Shown here in pieces: positions 48,901 to 60,290 of a DNA stretch of 64,000 bases (its first letter is position 1; each line of letters starts with the position of its first letter). The DNA comes from Phyllosticta citribraziliensis. Taxonomy: Eukaryota. Position numbers and translations under genes: made by a program. Under the pieces are notes generated by a model. It worked only from the letters and a program-made list of their open reading frames with translations, did not search any database and was not told the origin of the DNA. The stretch spans positions 1,488,001 to 1,552,000 of the forward strand of contig NW_027117343.1 of assembly GCF_038025025.1 (NCBI RefSeq), written 5' to 3'.

Positions 48901-51857
48901 AAGACCTTCAAAGTCTTCCTCGAGAATTGTTTCTTCTCCAAAATCTTCATTGTCTTTCGCCGTTGTGCTTCGTAAATGTAAGTCTTGAAGCCTTGCTCTG
49001 CCCCATTTGCCTCGACAAGGAGTAAAAACGCTGAAAAGTTAACACAGGATTGAACGATGCAATCGCCACTTCCCAAAACCGCTCGGAGACGAGGTCTTGG
49101 TTCAACGAACAATCACTCCTGAGAGGCAAATCATTGAATACTGGCTTGATGAATGGCAACGACCTGCTGCCCTGTTATACCGTGCAAAAATGGTCGAGAA
49201 GCTGTTCGGTGGCGGGGGAAAACCTGCTTGGCCTTGCCGCCAGCATTAGCAACGCCGGCAGCTCTGACGTCGACGAGCATGCTCGATCCGCATGGGTGAA
49301 CGGCAACTTCATTCAGCTCCCGGACATTACCGCAGACGACGTTGTTACAGAGGAGAGCCTCCCAATACGTCTCACAAGATCACCGTGGGATTCCAGCCTT
49401 CCCATGGACTCAGCCTGGTTGTTTTGTATTGGATCTATCCACTCCAAAAGGAAATTGCGCTGTCTTCACTGAAGCCTCCCATCTTCTGCTGCGTATCCCA
49501 TGCACAGCCTTGTTGCCCTTGTATACCCGAAAGACACCGGATAGTATATTGCACGACACGTCTCGCCGCCCAACTCTGGAAGCTCCGCGGAGTCATGGCT
49601 GACAGCATCAATCGTCATTCCAAATACGGCGACGCTCCTGCCTGAAATTTGCGCGCGGTTTCTGATCCTGTGTTTACGAGAGCTTCTCCACCGGCTTCGA
49701 CGACGTCAATCTTTTCTTGTGTGTCTTGCTACTTCTATATGTAAGTGGCACTTCCTCATTGCGAGTTCGTTGAAAGCCTCCTGTCACCCCTGAACCCATT
49801 ACTCTTCCCCTACACACATGCCCAGACTGACAACTTTCGGAATCCTGAATCCTCATGTTGACCACCATTAGATGTCTGGACAAAATAACCAAACCACCCA
49901 AGCCGCCGCCAACAGAGAGGGAGAAACCAGCCATACCCACATGGCTCTCCTCGAGATTGGCTACGATGCCCTCATCAAGTGCATCTGGGAAGACCATGTT
50001 CACGACCGCCGCAATGCAGGACCCTATGCCTGGAGTGGCTCGACCTGCCGTCTTTTGAGCTTATAATGACTTCCTGACGCAGTGCTGTGCATGGTCGGGC
50101 AATTTTCATGTGGGATGTCACCGCCCTTCGTGCACGCGTTTCCAGTCAGCGGTCTGCGGTATGTCAGGATGCTCCCCGTCGGTGGTACGATCAACCATTT
50201 TCCGAGCGCTGTCAATCGTCTTCTCTAGCGAAGAATACCTGTTGAGGCGCCACCGCGTGTTCCGCTTTCCATGCTCTTGCCTTGGTCCTGGGGAGTTCCA
50301 AAGACACGACCGTTGACGCCGCACGACCGCCTGCTTAAGCTATACGACCGCTTCAAGACGTTGTCACCCGAGACTGACCACGACGAATCAGTCGCGGCCA
50401 GAGAAGTCCAACATGAGGCTCAGGCGGCAGACTATCCTCGTCGGCCCAGGCCCACTTCGAACCGTGCAATACCCTGTTGAAGAAGTATAAGTGAGAAAAC
50501 CGATCCTTTGCATTTCACCCCCTGTTTGGCTGCTTCCCTTGACTTTGCATACACCATTCCGTGAACGTAGGACTGATGAATTCTTTCAGGTACAGCCTAT
50601 ACATCTTTGATCTGGTCCGTGGCTATAGTGGCGCGCGTTCACCATCGCTCTCTGACTGGGAAGACCTGTGCGGAACAATCAGTCCCAAGCCTGCAGACGA
50701 GACGCACCAGGCAACGAATACAGCTGGACCCACGGAGTTGTCGCCTGCGATAAAGACCTCGTCCGTGACCGACTTTCTTTGTTGACAGAAGCTGCCAATC
50801 GTGCCCTCCAGACCATGCGGTCGTCTCGCTTGTCGCAAAAGGGAGCCATCAGAACTTCCATTATATTCTCTCACAGTGCGTGGGAATCTGCAATGCTTTT
50901 GCCACGACCAAATCGCATCGCCCTGGGAGTCACCATTCTCGAATTTCCATCGCAAGTCCAGCTGTCCACGCTGAGGCTCCTCTGCTCATAGCCCGCGTCG
51001 CGATCCATCACGCAGCAGACGAGGTCACGGCCTGGGGCTGTTGCTATAGTCTGTGGCGTCTTCGTGGGAGCATCCGCATCTTGTTCAGTCCCTCGTTATC
51101 GCGGAGTCAATTCAACGTCGATGACTTTTTGACATCATCGCCGTCTCGAGAAAGCCGCATACCTGGCTCTTCCTTCGCCAGTGCCTCCCACTATTCTCTG
51201 CTGCTTCCAACGAAATCGGCTGCTCCCAATACCAAGGAATTCTCAGCCTCTCCAATTACAGCCGAACGCCGCGAGATGCATGGAGCCGTATATATCCCAC
51301 CACCACTGCCTGGGTCGATACGCACCGTCGAACTTCGCCAAGTCCAGCCTCGTCGACGAGAAGACTTCTGCGCTTTTGCTTCGGGAGACTGGACTCGGGT
51401 CTGAGCACTGATTGCAGCAGTATTACGGACGATCCTTTCTGCGCACAGGTTCCGCTCTTTCGAAACGCCTGAGTGGAAGGGCAAACAGCCAGTCGTCGCC
51501 CAGCCATTGATTGTCACTCCAAGGCGCGTATATATGATGATAGACCACACGCGTGGGCTTTGCTCCTCGCCAGAGCCGCTTGAAGCTCCCCACCGTCACT
51601 CTGTATGGGCAAGCGTCTCCCAGCAAGTCATCTCCACACCCAAGGATTGGGATGCAGATGAAGCTTTTCGACTGCCGTTGGACGTTTTCGGAGACGGCAA
51701 CTGACTTTGCAGACAAAGACATCGCCGACAATCTCTCGGGAAAGTTGGACGAGCAACTGCAGCATCTCCCGTTTGAGTTTTCTGAGAGGATGGGAAACAG
51801 CGTCCTAGGGGAAGCTAGACGGCACTGTGTCCTTGGGCCGCCTTTCGGTCAACTGTA

Positions 51858-52495
51858 TCAAGGCCATCGAATGCGCTGATCCCAACCAAGAGTAGATCCA
51901 AGTTCAATGAATAACTTCAGAGCGTCATATTCCAACCCAGCCACTGCCATCTGTTCGCTTATCCACAGGAAGTCGTCCAGATCTGAGCGCCCGTCATCAC
52001 GCCTACCAGCGGCGTGTGACTGCGCCTTCTGGCGTCAAAGATCAGGGAGCGCCGCCACAAAGACAGAACCGAAGGCCACCGGCGCGAAGTTCAACTCCGG
52101 GACAGCCTCGTCCCCAAGACGGAGTAGGTCAATTTGCACTGCCAAGCCGGCAACCGGGGAGTGGTAGACGACGAAGGCTATGCAAATACGTCAATACCGC
52201 CGTAAGAGGAAATTCTGGGACAATCGAAAGCACTACCGCCATCCATCATCACCGAAAACCGCTCGTCTGCTCTTGCCCCTTCCAAGAAAGCCCAAAGCGC
52301 CTCCGCTGTTCCCACCACATCCAAATCGTCGGTCCGCCTTGTGGAACCATGGTACAGCATGGCGGCCCCTCCCACAAGGACGAATACAGATCGGATGGGT
52401 GGTGGTACCAGCATGGATGCTTCTTGGAATGCTTCCTTCAAGGCAGCGAGCAGTACTGGGCTAATGGATGACAAGGTGGTCTCGGCGGAGGACAT
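51858..52495 (-). pseudogene. Nucleotidyltransferase-like (GG...DxD) gene with an in-frame TGA at 52035-52037; intron 52178-52236
   Basis: FVLVGGAAMLYHGSTRRTDDLDVV, then after splicing VQIDLL...VAALPDL*RQKA...RSDLDDFLW. Confidence 0.68.
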
Positions 52496-53483
52496 GGCTG
52501 GATAAGAATGGATTGTTTGAGGATGCTAAGATATGCTGGTCGGTGGGATGGAGATGGTGATTCAGAATAAAAGGGGCGTCAAAGCAAATGAATCTTCTTC
52601 AGAGACATGCTGTTCTGCCATTGCTCCTTCTCAAGTCTATTGGTTGCCCTTGAAACCCTTGCACCACTGCTTTCTACTTTGGGTCATTGCTGGCGACGAC
52701 TCCGCGTCCTATCAGCTCCTCGACCCGGTTGTCTGAACTTTCCTCGATACCGGTATCCTCAATTGTTGGCAATGACAGAATATATCTCATTCCGGAGCTG
52801 CGGGCTGCAGACTTGGACAGCCTTCTTTCTACCGACAGGTGAGAAGAGCATGATGTCGTCACGAAATCTCTGATGCGACACGCACAACCACTGCCAGCCG
52901 CGTACGTATGGGCGGTGTTCGGGAAATAGCGTGGCGTGTAAATGCTGCAAGCTTCGGGAGTCCCTTCGTTGGTGGTCTGGGTGAACCAGAGCCGTGATCT
53001 ATCGATAAATTAGTTTTCAAAAGCAGGACAATGAGAAAGGCAGACTTTTACAGAATGGAGGTATGGTGTGATGTTGGTGGTGAGAATCCAGTACCTTTGC
53101 TCTGTCTTCCTGAGCGATTCAACAACTATTGCCTTTGCCTTCTTCCGTCTTCACGCGTCGGTGCCGCCGTACCGAGACGGTATGACCTTGCTGAAGCATC
53201 TCAGGCACTCCATCGTCGCGCGAGCGTGCCTCCCTACTCAATCGATCAGATATATCTCCTTCAACCGTGCCTGGGCTCTTATTTCCGTCGCCATCTCGGT
53301 GTGATGGACGGGATCCAACGTCAGAAACGGTTGGTGGATGGCGTGTTCGCTGGCTGGCCTCCAAAAAAACGTTGAATGTAGACGTGTCAGGTAGCTTGCA
53401 CATGTTGCTATCCCTGTAGGTGTCAACCATCCACTGTTGAAATTCTTCGCGATGACTGAACAATTCAGGTTGGCTAACGACTC

Positions 53484-53604
53484 GGACCACAGTTCAAAGA
53501 GAAAGAACAAAAAAAGTGTCCCTTTGCAGACAACATGGGCCACGGTTCAAAGAGAAATCCAACAAAAAGGGTCGCTTTGCTGACAACATGGACCACAGTT
53601 CGAA
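53484..53604. repeat. Tandem repeat of about 54 bp, about 2.3 copies
   Basis: GACCACAGTTCAAAGAGAAA...CTTTGCAGACAACATG is repeated. Confidence 0.85.
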
Positions 53605-53615
53605 TGAGGGAGCAG

Positions 53616-54037
53616 TGTTGTGGGAGGAGCTGTTACGGATTCAGCAGGTGGAGGACTTGATGGGAGCAGGGAGTAGGCTTATGTAAGCTAGATAGTCACG
53701 TGCTGCTCGCTCAGCCGCGGCGGTGACGCGCGACCCTTCGCACCACCTTAATAAAACAACCTTAGCACCTCATCTACTCACTATCTATAATAGGAGCTCT
53801 TGGCACCAAGAGCTCCTGACCTAAGCCGGCGCTAGGCCATATGGGGACGTCAACCGTACAGTCTAGCTAGACCGAACAATTATCTACTCGCAGAACAACT
53901 GGGTGTCTACCGCGACTCGACAAGTTGTTCAAGGCCTCCAGATCCGTTTTTTCTTTCTTGTTTTGACCCTGTCCGACGCAGCCACACTTGTTCCAGTACA
54001 GACCACGATCAAATAACACATCGGATCTCCCCTAACA
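53616..54037. mobile_element. Possible solo LTR relic
   Basis: TGTT...AACA ends with a 9/11 terminal inverted match (TGTTGTGGGAG / CTCCCCTAACA), TpA-rich interior, AATAAA and TATAAT. No target-site duplication found. Confidence 0.45.
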
Positions 54038-54508
54038 CGCGAAAGAGACACATTACGTTATAAAAACAAGGGCTTGGATTCACAGTGCGAACGCTAAAGG
54101 CGTCACCCCAGCCATAGACAAGAGACCAGTACCCACGAACCATACAAACCAACGGGAACGGAGCGAAGCACATGCACGTTGACCACGGAAGAGACCGAAG
54201 CGCATGATTCTACCGCTAAGCATAACAAGCCCAACCCAACCGACGGTACTGTTGGTCGACATCCCTCGATTCCAATAATTGCATATTGGACCTATAAAGA
54301 GAATTGCGACCCTCGACCCGACGAGTGCTACGCCTTCACGCTTACAAGACATTACCGACCAAGCCGCTCGATTCCCCCGACGCAAAAACTTGGATTCAGA
54401 CATCGAACGCTTCACCCTCACACCCCTCAAGTCAAACCGTCCGATTGCGTCATCACGAACAGCGTTCACCACCAATTCTGCTCTTCTCTGTCCTCCACTC
54501 ATCTTGCC

Positions 54509-55561
54509 ATGACATCTACCACAATCATCACGAAGCAAGGTGTCGCAATGGAGACCAAAGTTGGCGCAAAGCGTCGACGATCTGATGTCGACGATGAAGA
54601 ACTCCCCATCAAGAAAAAGGTATCCTCTACCGTACTTCACGCGACTGACAGCCAAGTTCCCAAGGACGTAAGATTCCTTGTTCTTTCAGATACCCACGAC
54701 CTCGATCTAAAAGACTCACCACAAGCGGCATTCCGACTCCCAGCTCCAGAAGTGGACGTGGTTCTCCACTGTGGAGACTTGACCGAAGACGGAGACCATT
54801 CCAGTATCACAGCTGCCTTGGAGATGCTGGGTAAAATTCCAGCTGAGCTCAAGCTTGTAATTGCCGGAAACCACGAGATCTCGCTCGATCGGGAGTACTT
54901 CCTCAGCCAAGGAGGGAACGAGGAGGACCATGAACGCTCCTTGGCCGCCGTTACTGGTCCAGTCGCAGAGAGAAATGGCGTCACCTTCCTCCAAGAGGGT
55001 ACACACAAGTTTACGCTCCGAAACGGAGCCTCCTTCACGGTATTCGCCTCTCCACACACGCCCCGATTTGGACAATCCGCATTCCAGTACCCGACAGGTG
55101 AAGACCGCTTCAACCCTTCCGAAGTCACGCCAAAATGGGCAACAAATGTGTCAAAGCCTGACTCCGTAATACCAGACGGGATAGACATCGTCATGACACA
55201 CGGACCTCCCCAGTACATTTTGGACCAAGCCGAGGACGGGCGCAGCTCCGGCTGCGAGCACCTACGCAATGCCATCATCCGCGCACAACCCCGCCTCCAT
55301 TGTTTCGGACACATCCACGCAGGATACGGCGCCCAGCGTATACGGTTCGACAGCGACGAGGAAGATGGCATATTTTGCTACCCGAAAGAATTTGTCGGAA
55401 AGAACCAGGCAAGGCGTACGGGATACTCTTCCTTGAGCCCATCGAGCGCAGAAGCTTTGAAAGAAAGCGGGAGGGAGCAGTGTTTGTTTGTCAATGCGGC
55501 GATTGAATGGAAGGACGGAGAGCCGGTGAACGCTCCTTGGTTGGTCGAGCTGCAATTTTGA
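54509..55561 (+). CDS. Calcineurin-like metallophosphoesterase (MPPED-type)
   Basis: Motifs LSDTH, HCGDLT, IAGNHE, MTHGPP, HCFGHIH and FVNAA. The start could be 54509 or 54548. Confidence 0.9.
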   Translation: MTSTTIITKQGVAMETKVGAKRRRSDVDDEELPIKKKVSSTVLHATDSQVPKDVRFLVLSDTHDLDLKDSPQAAFRLPAPEVDVVLHCGDLTEDGDHSSITAALEMLGKIPAELKLVIAGNHEISLDREYFLSQGGNEEDHERSLAAVTGPVAERNGVTFLQEGTHKFTLRNGASFTVFASPHTPRFGQSAFQYPTGEDRFNPSEVTPKWATNVSKPDSVIPDGIDIVMTHGPPQYILDQAEDGRSSGCEHLRNAIIRAQPRLHCFGHIHAGYGAQRIRFDSDEEDGIFCYPKEFVGKNQARRTGYSSLSPSSAEALKESGREQCLFVNAAIEWKDGEPVNAPWLVELQF

Positions 55562-56326
55562 CGGAAAGGTGGACTCCAAAGAACGGAAATAGTCTGGCGG
55601 TCTTCGAACAGCAATCGAGTCCTTGAAGAAGCCGGAAATCAAACGAATGAAGCAAATTGGCGACAAGTCACTACTGGTATCCATATTACTCCTGTCTCTT
55701 TTCTTTCAGCCGAAGATCCGGGTGTTTTGCCGAAACGTTTGAAGTGAAGCGACGGCGACAGGGTGCTATTGATGGCCAATGGCGGCGAGCGCCGGTTGTA
55801 GTGAGTCTTTTCGATCGTAAGCATACAGCGATGGAAAAGAAAGAAAGAGGTGTTGGATGGTGACGGAGAACTTCTATTGCTCCATTGAGGTACTTCGTCT
55901 TCGGTCGCGTAGAGGAGGGTTGTGTTTACGCGACGCGTCAGGGAGTGTGTCATCCAGAGAGGACACGAAAAGACGCGTCGGGTCCGGCAGAGACAACAAG
56001 GATGGAAATGAACTGAACCGAAATCACCACCAGTGACGTCATCGTCTCGCCAAAACTGCCCGATTGGGTTGCTCGCTTCCGGTGCTAACCAATCTCTCGG
56101 GTCTGTGGTGTTTACCCAAACTGCCCTGCATCTTCACTCTACCCCAAGCCTGCAATCACCTTGAGATCTGAACATTTCGACGTTCTCTTCAGTGCCTGAT
56201 CGTGTTTGTCCCAACCAGCTGAGTGAGTACCGACTTCCAAGGCCAAACCTCAAGCAAACCTCCCCTCCCATTATAAAGCTGACTTCCTTGTGGTAGAGCA
56301 GGAACTTTGACTGAGTCATCGTCAAC

Positions 56327-59300
56327 ATGTTTCCAAAGCGTCATGCCCGTCTTCGTTTATACTACAACCCCTTGGGCAACACGCCTGCAGTGAATCTGCT
56401 CCGTGATCTTCCCAAGACGGTCGCTGCTGAGCCTCAACCGGCGAGTGTCGACGTCCTTTCGCTCGAATGGGGCGACCCACGCAGCATTCTCTTCTCATTG
56501 CACGCCGAGGGCTTTGATCGTGAGTCTTTGGTTGTCCGCGCATGTCGACGACTGCTGACCTCAAGCACAGCCCAAAAGAGATTCAACTTTACCTGTTGCG
56601 ACAGCGAGCCAGCCATCATTGGTAAGTCTCCTCGAGTAGTCGGCGAGCTACGCTGACCCAGCCGCAGCAAGAAACATCTTCCTCCTCACACTCATCGCCG
56701 ATGGCTTCGACAACTGCGGCCCAAAGGACGACATGCTTGCTTTGGCGTGGAACGTCTTTTTCCATATTTGCATTCCCGACGGCGCAATGTACTTCATCCA
56801 GGGCAAGGCAGAGAAGCTCGCCGAATATAGTACCTCTCTTGAGGCTTGGAATTCGTGCCCCTACGGCTCATGGATTCGTTTCCTCGACACAGACAGCCTG
56901 AGCCGCGTGCACACGCTGTGGCAGGAGTATACCGCCGCTCCAATGCGCGATAGATACGATCCGCGAGGCCAACACAGCCTGGCTCGGCTGAATCGGAGGA
57001 GCCGGGATGCAAGCTTTGTCGTCCAGAGTGTTCGTGCCGCAGGCCTTTACGCGGAGCAGTCTGTCAAAACATTGTCGACGGCTCTCGATGCATTCTGGAA
57101 GACTGGTGTTGTCGGCGGCAACAAGCGCGATTTGGCCCAGCTCTGGCCTACCAAAGGAGGTCTCTTCAATCCTCTGTTCGCCGTCAAGTCAGCCATCGAT
57201 GGCGAGTTTACTGTCCCCTATGGTATGGATCCACTGGCGGGGTTTCACTTGGCGCCAGCTTTTGAAGAGGAGGAGGGCTGTGACCCAGAAGCAGTCAATC
57301 GACTTGTCAGTACGGCCAAGGCGCAATTCCGAGCCTGGGCGACAACCTTTGGAGCCTATACCAAGGCAAAGTGCGTCAGCTTTGCTCTTCAATGCGGAGA
57401 CGCGGTCAACTTCTGCTACGCGCTCCAAGCCCTCAACCCTCAGGTGTCGGAGCCTCCCAATTTCACGTACACCTACAAGAATGCCTGGAGTGCGGAGCCG
57501 AGCCAGTTCTTTCAGGACCCAGCCTTCGTTTTCGACGTCATCGACACGTCCAACCTTGCCGACAAAGTGGGCATGCTCAACCTCCTGCCGGCCGTCGTTC
57601 CTCTCCTGCGGCCCGAATGCTCTTCAATCTTGTACACCGAGAGCCTCCTCAGGGCGGACCCCGAAGGCAACAGCCTCGAGATGTTCACCCCACTTGTTGA
57701 AGCGCTGTGCTCTGACGTGTCGACCATCGCACTCTTTTCAGGTGTCGTTCCGGTGGAGTATCTGACTGGCATCAGCGCAGACAGCTTCGTGGCTGAGACT
57801 ACGCTGTGGGAGGCTTTTAAGCAGGCCCAATACCGTCTGCGCATTCCCTGGCGCATCATGGCCGTTGCAGAGGACTATCTCTTCGACAAATTGAAAGCTC
57901 GCACGCCTACCATCGAGCCCTCATCTCTCTCCGACTACCTCGTTCGGCTCTACGAGAATATGTTCAAGCACGAGACTCGATGCAGCGGCCTTTCGAGTTT
58001 GATTGCCATGGCAGACGACTTCTTTGCAGGTGTTGCCGGCGACCAACGCTACTACACGCGAACGAGCTTCGCACTGCTACTCAACCTGTTCAGATCGCGT
58101 GTGGAGGTTGATTGGAAGGCGACCCTGTCTCTGTTCCTCGAAAAGCAGCAGGAAGTCGATCATGAGTCGATTGGCGAGCACCGCATCCTGGAGCTGCAGC
58201 TTCAACTGCACGCCCTCGGCCTCCTCGACAATGTGCTGTTGAATGCCGACCCCAGGGATCTCGGCGACGAGCCTTTCGACATGTTCCCGCCACATGAGAA
58301 GGATGTTGGCCTACTGGGTCAGTCTGACGTCCCGTCCATTGTTTTCCTCGCCCTCGTCGTCCCCAGATGCAAGTTCTGGTGGTTCACAAACGACAACTTT
58401 GGACAAGTCGTGGCGCTCCCCCTGCACGTGGCCGTCTCTCACACCTTGGGCGAGACGAATGAGTTCCACTCTTTCCAATGCTTCTTCGGCACCCTTGTCC
58501 AGTCTGAAGTGGTGGGGATTTGTCATGTGCAGGAGAACAAGGCCGGCTGGGAAGGCACAGGAGATCTCGTAGTCGTCTGCCAGGTTCCCCTCTTTACGCT
58601 CCTTCATGGCCCGCGAGAGGGCTTGAGCGTCAGTCTCAACTTTGATCCGATTCCCAAGACGGATTACTTCATCAAGAAGTTGGGAGGCAAGACCACCGTC
58701 TTCGAGACAAGCCTTGCCGACGGAGCGCACCTGAAGGTCCTCAGGGAACCTCCCACGACGGCCAGGGACTCGGACGTGACGGTGCCAAGGAGACCATCCC
58801 CCTCGACTGGAGACCGACAGTTGGCGAAGCTCGACCTCTACGAATCTCAGGCCATAGTGATGACTGTGGAGCAGTGCTTCCCGCATCTGTCAGCCACAGC
58901 GTATGCCATCATGCGGCGCGCTGAAATGGAACTGCGAGTCGATACGTTCTTCAGCGTGTCTGTCACTTTGAAGAGCGTCGGCTGCGACCCCATTTTTGTT
59001 CGTTTTCCGCATCCCATCGCCCCCAGATCAGTCAAGGCCTGCTACGTGAACAAGCATCCAAAGTATGGCATCAAAGTTGTTGCGTCACTTTCGTACGCGC
59101 TCGTGGGTCTTCCCTTGAAAGGAATGCTCCCGTTCTCTCGAGACCCCTTGGGATCACTTTTCCTCTGGGTGCTTCCGCACGTTGCTCTGCATGCTTCGCC
59201 AAAGTTTAACCTTTCTGAAAGGAACGCGGACGTGCTCAAGGCGTATGCCAGGCGCGCCTACAGCAAACAGGACAGCAACAAATTCCACCATTGGCTCAAC

Positions 59301-60122
59301 CACGGCCATTCGGACCACGAGCGCCCGAGCCCTACGACGCTGCTCAAGGTTTCCGTCCACGGAATGCTGTTGTCCATCGCCAAAGACTGCGCAGCTGGCA
59401 AGCCACCCCTCCACATTGCGGGCAAAACGATTCACTTCGTCCGCCCGCACAAGTCAGTGAAGGAGGCCCACATTGCCCTCGTCATCACGGCGCTTCGTCA
59501 CGACTTCTCCACGGGCTCAGTCTTCCTCGACGCCTATGCCTTCCCATTGGCGCGAAAAGAAGTCACAGTCGCCCGGCGCGCAGGCGGCATCAAGTCTTTT
59601 CAAGCCACCGGCTGCACCATGCACACGCCCAGCCACGAAGCCATCTGGCACCAATGCTTGATCGCAAGCGCCGAGCGCTGCCGCTCGTGGACCCACCGCA
59701 GCGACTGCCGTTACGGGACCTCGTCGCCCTTGGGCCATCCCGGCACCGAGGCCGCGCGAAACCCATATCCCAGCCTATGCCGCTGTGGTGAGGGTCTCAT
59801 GCTGGACGACTTTCCGCCCGACTCGCCCTACGCTTCTGCCAAGCAATTTGCAACGCGCGTCGCGATCCCGATCCTCTTCACCGTCCCGTATGTCGATCCG
59901 ATTGATGTGCAGGGAACTTCGAGGTGGGATGACTTTGCCAGGTTCTTTGGTGATGGCCTGGACCTGGATGGCGGCGATCGCTGTGCGGGTTGTTGGGCCA
60001 AGAAGGAGGGCCTGAAGAAGTGCATGCGGTGCAAGCAGGTCAAGTACTGCGATGTCGCTTGCCAGAAGAAGCACTGGAAAGAGCACAAGAAGGTGTGCCA
60101 TGAGCAGGAGGTGCCGGAGTGA
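56327..60122 (+). CDS. DUF4470 + MYND zinc-finger protein (introns 56520-56570, 56622-56667)
   Basis: N-terminal YYNPLGNTPAVNL, TCCDSEPAII|ARNIFLLTLI, FDVIDTSNLADKVG, AERCRSWTHRSDCRY, and C-terminal MYND CAGC..LKKCMRCKQVKYCDVACQKKHWKEHKKVC. Confidence 0.9.
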
Positions 60123-60290
60123 GCGATGGGATGACGGAACGATGGAGTGGTGGGTCAATGTTGTGGTCGAAAGGCTAGGTGGTTGTGGTAGAACAGTAGC
60201 TAGCAAGTTACCTCTTCATCTGAGCGATTAGATGCGCTCAGAAAGAAAAGCCTTCAATCTTCTCCACAGGCCAGCAAACATACCCGTGAT

